Source: an uncultured Bacillales bacterium
GTDB lineage: Bacteria > Bacillota_I > Bacilli_A > RF39 > UBA660
Direction: 5' to 3'
Assembly: GCA_946615975.1 (NCBI GenBank)
Contig: CAMOID010000001.1
Location: forward strand, 1,898 to 65,897
Length of the DNA: 64,000 nucleotides
The translations under genes were made by a program, and so were the position numbers. The notes under the pieces are model-generated. The model searched no databases. It was not told the origin of the DNA and was given only the letters and a program-made list of their open reading frames with translations. Positions 28,051 to 37,292 of this stretch are shown here, one piece after another (positions within the stretch are counted from its first letter, which is position 1; each line of letters begins with the position of its first letter).

Positions 28051-30213
28051 CTAATTACCTACTTTTATAAGTTCTGATTGATATGTATTTCCATCTATAT
28101 CATATACAAAGAATATTGCACACCATTCACCATCATCCATTCCTTTGTATGTCATATTAAAATCATTTGGATCAAAACTTAAACCTTCCATAACTGGGAT
28201 ACCTTCCCAATCTTCAGAATCCATTAATTTACCATTTTTATCTAATATCATTCTTTCAGTTTTCATTAATTCAATTGAACTAAAATCATTTATATCATAT
28301 AAACCAACTGATAATGATTCATTTCTTGAATCAATTTGAATATTTCTTATTTTTGGTCTTTCAGTATCATTTGAGAAATTAATTCTTAATACTTGCATTC
28401 CATATTTATTATTTTCATCTAATTGTTCTTTTGTAAAACCAGTACCGTATGTATAGTTTTCTACTCCTGATGAAGTTTTTCTAGTTATTCTAGTAAAGTA
28501 CATTCCTTTACCAGTTTCATTATCTGTTGCATATAACATTTTATCATCAAGTTTAAATTTAACTTTATTACCATCTAAATCTACATCAGTAGAATTAACT
28601 ACTATTTGATAATAATTTGGATGTTCATTATTTCTTCTAAATAAGAAATAATTAGCAGCATAATAATTATCTTTTAATCCTTCAGGTAATTCATATGTTA
28701 TTTCTTTTGCTTCATTATTAACTTCAATACTATTTGCTCCTGCTGTATATGTTCCTGTATGTGTTTGAGTTCTTAGATTATATACTTTTTCTATAAAGTT
28801 ATTATAATCATTTCCAAGGTAATTATATTTCTTATAATATGCATAAAGATTTTTATTATTATAAGGGAAATATACTGTTAATCCATCTGCGCCAGATACA
28901 GATGCATGATTATAAACAACTGCTTTTTCAAATGCTTTATTAAATGAATCTGCAGATTTATTTGTATTTTGAGCTATTTGATTTATAAAGTTTTTTAAGT
29001 CTACTGATTCATATGCGTTATGTGCATCTGGATCAGTTGGAAATTGATATACACTTGTTCTTGCTTTAAGAATTTCTCTATAATCGTTTTCAACATCTAA
29101 TCCTGATAAAAATTTAGTTGTTTCTTTTAATAGATTATCTACTTCATTTAAATCTATTATTGAATATGTAATAGGATAATTAACTCCATATATTGGATTA
29201 GATACTTTTTTATCATATGCTTCAATAAATCTTTTACCAAATTCTATTTCATTTTCTGATGCTTTTAAATTATTGAATGAATATCCAAATACACCAATAT
29301 CTCTTCCTAAATATATTTCTTCTTCAGCTGCAACTAAATAATTTGCATATTTGCTAAATGTTTTTGCAACTTCTAAAGAACCCATTAAACAAGCTCTAAA
29401 ACTAACTGAATTTAGTTTTGCTGTTTTTCCATTAAATGGACTAGCTGCTAAAGCACTATCAAATTCAGATAATTCAATTATGTCATTTTTATTAAAGTCA
29501 TCAACTACTGCTCCTTGATATGCTCCACCATGATCATATACTATTAAATTAAATTGATCTGCTTTGTAATTATCATATCCATATTGTAAGAACTTAGTTA
29601 ATTCTTTTCCATCTGACATATTAACTTTAGGATATGATTCTATCTTTTCAAATCCATTTTCAGTTAATTTATATATAGCATTTTCGTCATTTCTTATTTG
29701 ATTATGCCATTTTGTGGTTCCGCCTGTATATAATAATATGTTTGTATTTGATAAATCTATTGTACTAGGATCTACTTCTCTCATATCTCCTGTTGCTGAT
29801 TTATATCCTGATTCAAGATTAGAACCTACCATATATACCATTATTGTTCTAGAATTATATTTACCTTTTCCCGTAAATATAGATGTTGGTCCACCATTAC
29901 CTGTAGTAAATAGTAATATAAGCATTAATACTACTACTAAACTTAATAAACCAATTATTACACCTTTTTGCCAACTAGCCATTCCTTTTTTAGCACTAGT
30001 TGCTTGTATTGGAGGAATACTTGATTGTATGTATGTTGGTTGTTGTACTGGTTGTTGTACTATTGATTGCTGTTGTACAGGCATTTGTTCTACAACTTGT
30101 TGTACCTCAGGTTGTACTGGTGCTACTGATGGTGTTACACCTATTTTAGTACCACATGATGAACAAAAAGCACTTCCATTTGCTACTTCTTTTCCGCATC
30201 CAGGGCAAAACAT
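28051..30213 (-). CDS. membrane-anchored clostripain-family (C11) cysteine peptidase with an N-terminal cytoplasmic zinc ribbon
   Basis: Zinc ribbon 'MFCPGCGKEVANGSAFCSSCGTKIG', a Q/P/V-rich linker, and TM 'VIIGLLSLVVVLMLILLF'. Catalytic dyad context 'LIVYDHGGAYQG' (His) and 'VSFRACLMGSLE' (Cys) 47 residues apart, matching the C11 His-Cys spacing. Also 'IMVYMVGSNLES' N-terminal to the His. Confidence 0.75.
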   Translation of the reverse strand: MFCPGCGKEVANGSAFCSSCGTKIGVTPSVAPVQPEVQQVVEQMPVQQQSIVQQPVQQPTYIQSSIPPIQATSAKKGMASWQKGVIIGLLSLVVVLMLILLFTTGNGGPTSIFTGKGKYNSRTIMVYMVGSNLESGYKSATGDMREVDPSTIDLSNTNILLYTGGTTKWHNQIRNDENAIYKLTENGFEKIESYPKVNMSDGKELTKFLQYGYDNYKADQFNLIVYDHGGAYQGAVVDDFNKNDIIELSEFDSALAASPFNGKTAKLNSVSFRACLMGSLEVAKTFSKYANYLVAAEEEIYLGRDIGVFGYSFNNLKASENEIEFGKRFIEAYDKKVSNPIYGVNYPITYSIIDLNEVDNLLKETTKFLSGLDVENDYREILKARTSVYQFPTDPDAHNAYESVDLKNFINQIAQNTNKSADSFNKAFEKAVVYNHASVSGADGLTVYFPYNNKNLYAYYKKYNYLGNDYNNFIEKVYNLRTQTHTGTYTAGANSIEVNNEAKEITYELPEGLKDNYYAANYFLFRRNNEHPNYYQIVVNSTDVDLDGNKVKFKLDDKMLYATDNETGKGMYFTRITRKTSSGVENYTYGTGFTKEQLDENNKYGMQVLRINFSNDTERPKIRNIQIDSRNESLSVGLYDINDFSSIELMKTERMILDKNGKLMDSEDWEGIPVMEGLSFDPNDFNMTYKGMDDGEWCAIFFVYDIDGNTYQSELIKVGN

Positions 30214-30315
30214 ATAACCAACTCCTTATTCTTTATAATTATATCATTATAAAATGTTAATAACTTTATATTTATTAACATTATTTTTTTGTTTACAAAA
30301 AAAAGAGTAAATTAA

Positions 30316-30816
30316 TTACTCTTTTATATATAAATCATTTCCATCTTCTAGTGATTTAATATGTTTAAATCCCATGTTATTAAACCATTTATTTCCATCT
30401 GGTGATATAGCTATTCCATTTATACCTTTTATAGGTAATGAATTAATCTTTTTAATAAATTCATTATTGATAAGTTTAATAACTTCTCCATCTTGATGTT
30501 CTTTTAATATAACTATTGAATTAACTGTTAGATATATTTCATTTCCAAATGGAATAATATCTTCTAAATTAAATTCATCTGTTATTACATTTGAATTATT
30601 CATCTCATTATATTTTTCTTTAGTAATAGATAAATAATTAATATATCCTACTATTTTATTATCTAATGAAACTGCTATAAAAGAATCATGATTTCTTTCA
30701 TATACTTTCCATTGATAATCATTCGACCATAGATACTCTTGATCATAAAAATTATCATCTAATGTAATAATATCATTTATATATTCTTCTATGTTGTCTA
30801 TTATTTTATAGTCCAT
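30316..30816 (-). CDS. GNAT-fold protein (putative N-acetyltransferase), paralogous to the C-terminal domain of the 10030..11124 product
   Basis: 166 aa. 'IVGYINYLSI' and 'GINGIAISPDGNKWFNNMGFK' look like acetyl-CoA pocket residues. Terminator hairpin at 30296-30322. Confidence 0.5.
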   Translation of the reverse strand: MDYKIIDNIEEYINDIITLDDNFYDQEYLWSNDYQWKVYERNHDSFIAVSLDNKIVGYINYLSITKEKYNEMNNSNVITDEFNLEDIIPFGNEIYLTVNSIVILKEHQDGEVIKLINNEFIKKINSLPIKGINGIAISPDGNKWFNNMGFKHIKSLEDGNDLYIKE

Positions 30817-30824
30817 ATATTCTC

Positions 30825-31697
30825 CTATTTAACCATTACTGATTTATTTGATAATGGTAAAATTAAATATCCTTGAGATTTTAAATCATTTATTATTTCA
30901 GGTAGAATTTTAACGGTTCCTTCATGATAATCATGCATTAATAAAACCATTATTTTTTGACCATTACATGTATCTTTATACCATTCCCATTCAGATTTTT
31001 GTTGTAATCTTTTACTTGATCCATCACCAGTTTCACATGTCCAATCAACATACTTATATCCTTTATTATGTAGTTGTTCTATAATTGAATCTCTTACATG
31101 AAATGTATTAGCTGTTTCAGATCCACCTGGGAATCTAACTAAATTAGTTTTATATCCTGTAATATTATATAAATAATCTTCTAATTGATTAACTTGTGAC
31201 ATGAATGATTCAGGAGATCTATATAATCCTTTTCCAATATTATGATAATATGTATGATTTGCTAATGTGTGTCCTTCATTAACAATTCTTTTATATCTAT
31301 CTTCTGCATCTTTTCCTAATACAAAGAAAGTAGCTTTAACATCATTTTCTTTTAAGATATCTAATACTTGATTAGTTAATTGATAAGGTCCATCATCAAA
31401 TGTAAGATATGCTATTTTAGCATCTGATTTACCTTCTAATATTTGATCTTCTAATTTTCTAATACTATTAAAATATTCTTCTTTTTTATTTTCTATAGTT
31501 TCATCTATATTTATATATTCATTTATTTTTTCATTAAGGGTATCTATATTTCTTTCAAATAATAAATTATCATTTAATTCTTCTTTTAGTCTTCTGTTTT
31601 CATATATTGTTTTTAAATCTAAACATATTATTAGAGATGCTAATATACTTAATATTACTAGTACTAATCCATATTCTCTTGAATTTCCTTCAACCAT
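30825..31697 (-). CDS. polysaccharide deacetylase (NodB-homology / CE4 family) with an N-terminal membrane anchor
   Basis: 'AYLTFDDGPYQLTNQVLDILKENDVKATFFVLGKD' is the TFDDG motif 1. 'HTLANHTYYH' is motif 2. Confidence 0.85.
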   Translation of the reverse strand: MVEGNSREYGLVLVILSILASLIICLDLKTIYENRRLKEELNDNLLFERNIDTLNEKINEYINIDETIENKKEEYFNSIRKLEDQILEGKSDAKIAYLTFDDGPYQLTNQVLDILKENDVKATFFVLGKDAEDRYKRIVNEGHTLANHTYYHNIGKGLYRSPESFMSQVNQLEDYLYNITGYKTNLVRFPGGSETANTFHVRDSIIEQLHNKGYKYVDWTCETGDGSSKRLQQKSEWEWYKDTCNGQKIMVLLMHDYHEGTVKILPEIINDLKSQGYLILPLSNKSVMVK

Positions 31698-31909
31698 TTT
31701 TCGTAGCTTTCTAGTTTTTCAACTTTATCTTTATTTTCATTTATAATACTAGTAATTTCATCAGCTTTAATATCTCTGTTTTTTTCGTAGACTAAATTTT
31801 TTTGTTTTATTTGATCATATATGTCATTGTTTTGATGAACTGTTTTAACTATATTCATACCAACATAACATATAAGAACAATAACTAATAAACATACTAT
31901 TCTTCTCAT
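31664..31909 (-). CDS. small single-TM protein (81 aa)
   Basis: 'MRRIVCLLVIVLICYVGMNIV' followed by a charged coiled-coil-like tail. Overlaps the deacetylase start by 34 nt. Confidence 0.4.
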   Translation of the reverse strand: MRRIVCLLVIVLICYVGMNIVKTVHQNNDIYDQIKQKNLVYEKNRDIKADEITSIINENKDKVEKLESYEKWLKEIQENMD

Positions 31910-31927
31910 ATTTAACCCTTCTTTTTA

Positions 31928-33382
31928 TTATAGAGTAAAACCAAGTCCTATTAATATAACTGAAATTAAACCTACTACAGCAAATTCAATTAATAATAAG
32001 CCTTTACTCTTTTCATTCATTTCTTTTATTTTATCTCTTTTATATTTATTATCTACATTTTTACCAATTAATACTTCACTTGAATTAACATAATCTTCAA
32101 CATTATCAGTATATATACTTCCATAGTTTTTATCATATCCTGCATATTTTTTCTCAGGTAATAATGTTTCATATAATTTATTCATTATAAAGAATGATAT
32201 CGTTACTCCAATTGCAAATCCTAATAATATAGTTGCAATTGGGAATAATACGTATGTAGTCATATATGCTATTCTAATTGATTCAGATGCACATGTTAAT
32301 AAACATAATATAGTACTTGGTATTAATCCATATGATAAACCTACCTTAGACATTATAAATGTTCTTTTCTTTATAATATCATCATATTTAGGTGGTGCTG
32401 TTAATACCATTTGTTTAATCTTATTATATATAGTATCTAATGTGTGATCTTGAGAATCTATATCTGTTTCTATATTAACTTTATGTTCATGGATATATAA
32501 ATTTATTTTTTGATAATGATATTCATTATCTTTACCTGGATATTTAATAATATAATTAAATGTAAAATATACCCATACATATTTAATTTCTCTTAATCTA
32601 TTAGTATATATTTCAAGAAATTGATCATAGTCATCTATAGATGATTCTGTATTATCATGGAAATCAATTGTATATTTTATTTTGCATCCATTGTCTTCAA
32701 ATATTTTTTCTTTTTCTTTGTAATCAAAGAATTCATTCTTCTTTTCTAGAGCATCATCTATTTTCTTATATTTAATAATTAAGTTATTCATTGATTCAAT
32801 AATATTTTTAACATCTTCAGAAGATATTATTTTATTTTCTGCTTTTATAGTTGTATCGTATTTAGTATATTCTTCAACTTCTTCTTTTGGATATTTTTCT
32901 AATAAAGCTGCATATTCTTCTTTATTAGTTTTCATGTAGTTTTCGTATACACCTCTTGCATAATTTAATGCTTCAGGTTTCTTTTCTACTTTTTCATATC
33001 TTTCAAATATATCTTTAACTCTTGCTTCCATTCCTGGTAACCATATAGGACTATCATTTTCAATTTCAACATATATTTTTTCTTGTAAGTCTCTTGTTGC
33101 ACATCTTAATAATCCTAATAAAGCTCTTGGGTCATTTGGATCTGATTCATTAATACTTCTATATATACTTTTAGCTTCTTCATAGTTTTGGTGTTGGTCA
33201 ATATACATTTCTGCTTTTTGAATTCTATCATCATTATAATTAGTATTTAAATAATCTTTTTCTATAATTGTTGTAACATTACAATATTTACAAGTAAATG
33301 ATTTTGAATATTCATCTACTTCTACTTTTGCTCCACATGATGGACAGATCATTGATATAAGTTTCATGTTTACCAACTCCAT
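31928..33382 (-). CDS. zinc-ribbon / TPR-like / C-terminal polytopic membrane protein
   Basis: 'CPSCGAKVEVDEYSKSFTCKYCNVTT' is a C-x2-C...C-x2-C ribbon. A TPR-like helix-rich cytoplasmic region follows, with three C-terminal TM helices. The start may be ATG 33367. Confidence 0.6.
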   Translation of the reverse strand: MELVNMKLISMICPSCGAKVEVDEYSKSFTCKYCNVTTIIEKDYLNTNYNDDRIQKAEMYIDQHQNYEEAKSIYRSINESDPNDPRALLGLLRCATRDLQEKIYVEIENDSPIWLPGMEARVKDIFERYEKVEKKPEALNYARGVYENYMKTNKEEYAALLEKYPKEEVEEYTKYDTTIKAENKIISSEDVKNIIESMNNLIIKYKKIDDALEKKNEFFDYKEKEKIFEDNGCKIKYTIDFHDNTESSIDDYDQFLEIYTNRLREIKYVWVYFTFNYIIKYPGKDNEYHYQKINLYIHEHKVNIETDIDSQDHTLDTIYNKIKQMVLTAPPKYDDIIKKRTFIMSKVGLSYGLIPSTILCLLTCASESIRIAYMTTYVLFPIATILLGFAIGVTISFFIMNKLYETLLPEKKYAGYDKNYGSIYTDNVEDYVNSSEVLIGKNVDNKYKRDKIKEMNEKSKGLLLIEFAVVGLISVILIGLGFTL

Positions 33383-33426
33383 ATTTTATATATAAAATTA
33401 TAACATAAAAAAATATATAGATTAAA

Positions 33427-34734
33427 CTATATATTCTTTTTTATTAACATTTTTTTAGATTCCTTTTTTATTTCTTCTTCTAGTGTAGATGTAGAAATAT
33501 TAGGAGAAGCTATAACTTTATCTAATCTATTTAAGAAAGAGCCATTTATAGTATGATTATATTTCATTATTCTAGGATCCTTTTTTCTTTCTGCTAGTAC
33601 TGTTTGTTTAGTTCCTTTTAATATACTAAATCTATCTGATGGTAATGCATATATTGCTTCTTCATGAGTTAGAATAGTTTTTTTAGAAGGATCTATTGTA
33701 TCTGAATTATGGAATTTATCAAATATTAAATATTCATTTGGATAACTAAATCCCATATATCCATTTAAACCATATCTTCCTAATATAGGATATACATATG
33801 GACTATTCATATAATAATTCATTTTCATTTCAAATAACTTCATATAATGTTCATAGTCTACATTTGGATTAGATTTAATTCTATTAGATACATCTCTTAT
33901 TTCTCTTTCCACCATTCCTGGTTTTAATATATCCCAAGCTAAGAATAATTCATGATCTGATAATAATATATCAGATGTATTTGGAGTTATATCAATATCT
34001 ATAGTATTTTCATATTCTGTTCTAAAATCATTAAACCATACTTTTGATGGCTTATTATTTATAGATATCATATGTGGATATGGTGATGTTCTCATATGTG
34101 ATACATATTTATAATATTCATATGGTAATACCATATATTTATGATCATTTGTTTCTTCAAATTTTATAAGTGATTTATATGCTAAATAAAATAATGAATC
34201 TTTAGGAATACAATTTGGTTTAATTGCTGTATTTATATCTAAATTATATATATCAGTTATATTATTTAAGTTTGTATTAATTTCATCCATGATTGATTGA
34301 GTAACAGTATCATTGGATGTTCTTTTAATATCTTTTAAATATGCTCTTACATAATCTTTAAAATATGCTAATCCTTCTGGATTATCTAGATTAATAAAAG
34401 GTATATTATAATCTAAACCTAAATAAGTAAATATATTATTAATTACATCTATTGGATGTATTCTAAAATCATATCCTGTTATATGTGATGTATATGATAT
34501 ACATGATATAGGATAAGAATTTTTATTATTTAATAAATGTTTTAATGTAGGTATATTATCTAATAATTTACTATATACAACATTTAAGTAATCATATGTA
34601 TTTCTATAATTACTTAATAGATTATGAATTTCATAGTATGGAATTTTAATAGTCATGTTTATTGGATCAATAAAATATGCTAATTCATCATATGGTATTT
34701 CCCAGTTATTATATTTGTGATTACTTTTAGTCAT
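33427..34734 (-). CDS. hypothetical cytoplasmic Tyr/Asn-rich protein (435 aa)
   Basis: Long ORF with no TM and no family recognised. Confidence 0.55.
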   Translation of the reverse strand: MTKSNHKYNNWEIPYDELAYFIDPINMTIKIPYYEIHNLLSNYRNTYDYLNVVYSKLLDNIPTLKHLLNNKNSYPISCISYTSHITGYDFRIHPIDVINNIFTYLGLDYNIPFINLDNPEGLAYFKDYVRAYLKDIKRTSNDTVTQSIMDEINTNLNNITDIYNLDINTAIKPNCIPKDSLFYLAYKSLIKFEETNDHKYMVLPYEYYKYVSHMRTSPYPHMISINNKPSKVWFNDFRTEYENTIDIDITPNTSDILLSDHELFLAWDILKPGMVEREIRDVSNRIKSNPNVDYEHYMKLFEMKMNYYMNSPYVYPILGRYGLNGYMGFSYPNEYLIFDKFHNSDTIDPSKKTILTHEEAIYALPSDRFSILKGTKQTVLAERKKDPRIMKYNHTINGSFLNRLDKVIASPNISTSTLEEEIKKESKKMLIKKNI

Positions 34735-34781
34735 ATTATCACCTCTTTATTGAAAAGTATTATAACATAAAAAAAGAAGTA

Positions 34782-36533
34782 TTAAATACTTCTTTTAAAA
34801 TGTAATGAATTATTATAGATATCTTGTAATTCTGGAAATGAAGTTACATTTTCATTTAAGAATTTATCAGCTAATGGTCTATTTTTTCTAATTAATTCTG
34901 GAAATAATAGTCTTATAGCATTCATATTTTCATATATAAATGGAATTACTTTATCAGGATTATAATCTATATATTCATCTAATGTACTTAATAATTTACG
35001 AGATGGAACATATGTAGTATGTACAAAAGGAGATTCCTTTGTCTTTACTACTCTTAATGATTCCATAGGTACCTTCTTTTGTGGTTTTTGTTCTTCTACC
35101 TTTGGAGGAGTAATAACTGGTTCAACTTCAACTGGTTTATGTACTTTTGGCATAGGTGCTACCTTAAATTTTTCAGTTATTCTCTTATCAAATGCTATAT
35201 TATTTGGATCTATACCATTTTCTGAACATCTTATTTTTATAGTTTCTTTTATTTCATTTTTTAAGTCCGGATCTTTTTGAACTATTTTAGAAAGCATTTT
35301 TCTTAATGATGTTTTTATGTATGAAGTATAAACATCAAATTTAACACCATTGTTTAATGGAATTGATAATTCAGTTGTATTATTATCTTTTCTTAATATA
35401 TCAACTATATTATTTGATAATTCTTTTAATACTAAACGATATATACCATTTTTAAATTGAGCACTTTTTAATTCTTTATCTGAATAGCCTAGTTTATTTA
35501 CTATTTTTTGATAATCAGGATTTCTATGTTGATCTTTTGCTACCCTTGTTTCATTTTCCATAGACCAAGTATATCTACTAGTTAATTGTTGAATAATAGC
35601 TTCTGTTATTAATACAGATGCATATTCAGATATATGGATAGTATTATTTCTGAATGTTATTAGTCTAATCATATTATTTTCTAACCATTTAGTTAAAACT
35701 TCTGTTATTGCATGATCAATTACTTTTGCACGTAGACCATTGAAAGAATCTTTCTTTCCTTCAATTACAGGTTCAGATCCATATCCAATCCAATCACCTA
35801 TTTTACCTGTTAATAAAGGTGGTGTTTTAAATCTTGCTCCTATTTCAGGTTGTTCTTTTTTTATTTCATTTAGTATGTTTATAAAATCTACTAAATGTTC
35901 TGTATCTGAATAAATAACAATTGTATCATCCCTGTTACCAGCTACATCGAATTTAAAATCATATGGAATGTTTCTATTTATACATTTTTTTACAAATTCC
36001 ATTGCTACTTTATATGTATCAAGTGAATCCGAATTAATGTATAATCTATGTTCTGTAAGCATACCAGCTGTTTTTTTAGCATTAACATAACGAGAATTTA
36101 CAAATACCCAAGAAGAATAATGTCCTGGTGCATCCCATGAATATTTATCAAATGCATCTTCTAGTTCTTTGTCTTTATAACTACCATATATAATATGTCT
36201 TGCTTCTTCTTCTGTTTTAACATCTGGTACTGTTTTTAAATAATTTCTAAGTTTTATAAATGTATCATCTAAACTTCCATGTTTTTTTAATATTTCAAAT
36301 TGTTCACTTGTCATGGATAAAACACTATGCTTCCATGCATTAAATAGTCCAGAGAAAAATTTATTATGATCGTTTATATAATAACTTCCAACATTTTCTT
36401 TTTTTGTAGATTTAGTTAGTGATGTATAGAAATTACCTGATGTTGATTCTTCATATTTGCTAATTAAAGTATCAACAATAGTAGGATCATCAAGAGGATT
36501 TTTAATAGAATTGTATATATCAATAAGTTCCAT
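34782..36533 (-). CDS. hypothetical cytoplasmic protein (583 aa) with a C-terminal Pro/Lys-rich linker
   Basis: Long ORF with no TM. 'KVAPMPKVHKPVEVEPVITPPKVEEQKPQKK' linker near the C-terminus. Confidence 0.55.
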   Translation of the reverse strand: MELIDIYNSIKNPLDDPTIVDTLISKYEESTSGNFYTSLTKSTKKENVGSYYINDHNKFFSGLFNAWKHSVLSMTSEQFEILKKHGSLDDTFIKLRNYLKTVPDVKTEEEARHIIYGSYKDKELEDAFDKYSWDAPGHYSSWVFVNSRYVNAKKTAGMLTEHRLYINSDSLDTYKVAMEFVKKCINRNIPYDFKFDVAGNRDDTIVIYSDTEHLVDFINILNEIKKEQPEIGARFKTPPLLTGKIGDWIGYGSEPVIEGKKDSFNGLRAKVIDHAITEVLTKWLENNMIRLITFRNNTIHISEYASVLITEAIIQQLTSRYTWSMENETRVAKDQHRNPDYQKIVNKLGYSDKELKSAQFKNGIYRLVLKELSNNIVDILRKDNNTTELSIPLNNGVKFDVYTSYIKTSLRKMLSKIVQKDPDLKNEIKETIKIRCSENGIDPNNIAFDKRITEKFKVAPMPKVHKPVEVEPVITPPKVEEQKPQKKVPMESLRVVKTKESPFVHTTYVPSRKLLSTLDEYIDYNPDKVIPFIYENMNAIRLLFPELIRKNRPLADKFLNENVTSFPELQDIYNNSLHFKRSI

Positions 36534-36716
36534 ACTATCACCTTACTATCATTATAAAATATTTTGTTAATTATTTAAATGTTTTTAACAATATATTTTA
36601 ATCTTATTAATCTTTTATGATTTTTATATAATTAAAAATTTGCGATTTTGCCATGTTTTTTGTTGATTATTTGGTTTATTCATTATATATTATGTTTGAA
36701 AGGAGTTTGAATTATT

Positions 36717-37250
36717 ATGTTAGATCTATTATTAAAGACTACAACAACTAAACCTGTTTTCTTTAATGGAACATCTTCTTCATCTTCATTTGATGTTGAA
36801 AGTTTTCTTACAGGAGCAAGCGCTGCTATTATTGTATTAGCTATATTTGCTTTATTAATTTGTTTAGCAATTGCTGCATTAATCATTGTTTCAAATTGCA
36901 AGATTTTTGCTAAAGCTGGTCAAAAATGGTGGAAAGCTCTTATCCCATTATATAATTCATGGGTACAAACAAAGATTTGCGGTTTAGCTTGGTGGTGGTT
37001 CCCAATCTTTGTTGTAATAACAGCTTTATTTTCTGAACCAAGAATGAGCAATTATGTTGTTTCAATGGGATTAGTTTTAGTATCATTTAACTATTGCTAT
37101 AATATGGCAATTAAATTTGGTAAATCTAAAGGTTTTGCTGTATTATTAGCAATCTTACCAGTTATTGGATTACCAATGTTAGCATTTGGATCTGCTAAAT
37201 ATGATAAAGATGCTAAAGTTGATCAAAATGGTATTTTCTCAGTAAAATAA
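36717..37250 (+). CDS. small polytopic membrane protein (DUF5684-like, 'KAGQKWWKALIPLYN' family)
   Basis: RBS AAAGGAG. Motif 'KAGQKWWKALIPLYNSW' is typical of a widespread Firmicutes small membrane protein family. The antisense ORF 36683..36901 is therefore spurious. Confidence 0.6.
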   Translation: MLDLLLKTTTTKPVFFNGTSSSSSFDVESFLTGASAAIIVLAIFALLICLAIAALIIVSNCKIFAKAGQKWWKALIPLYNSWVQTKICGLAWWWFPIFVVITALFSEPRMSNYVVSMGLVLVSFNYCYNMAIKFGKSKGFAVLLAILPVIGLPMLAFGSAKYDKDAKVDQNGIFSVK

Positions 37251-37292
37251 TTCAAATAAAAAGATGAGTAATACTCATCTTTTTTTGTGTCT

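Noticed and set aside
29714-30217. Cys-rich 167-aa ORF on the plus strand ('CCTGCCTIDCCCTGICSTTCC...')
   Set aside because: It lies antisense inside the Q/P-rich linker region of the C11 protease gene. The Cys run is the complement-frame product of CAA/CAG/CCA repeats. It has no RBS or promoter, so it is a compositional artefact.
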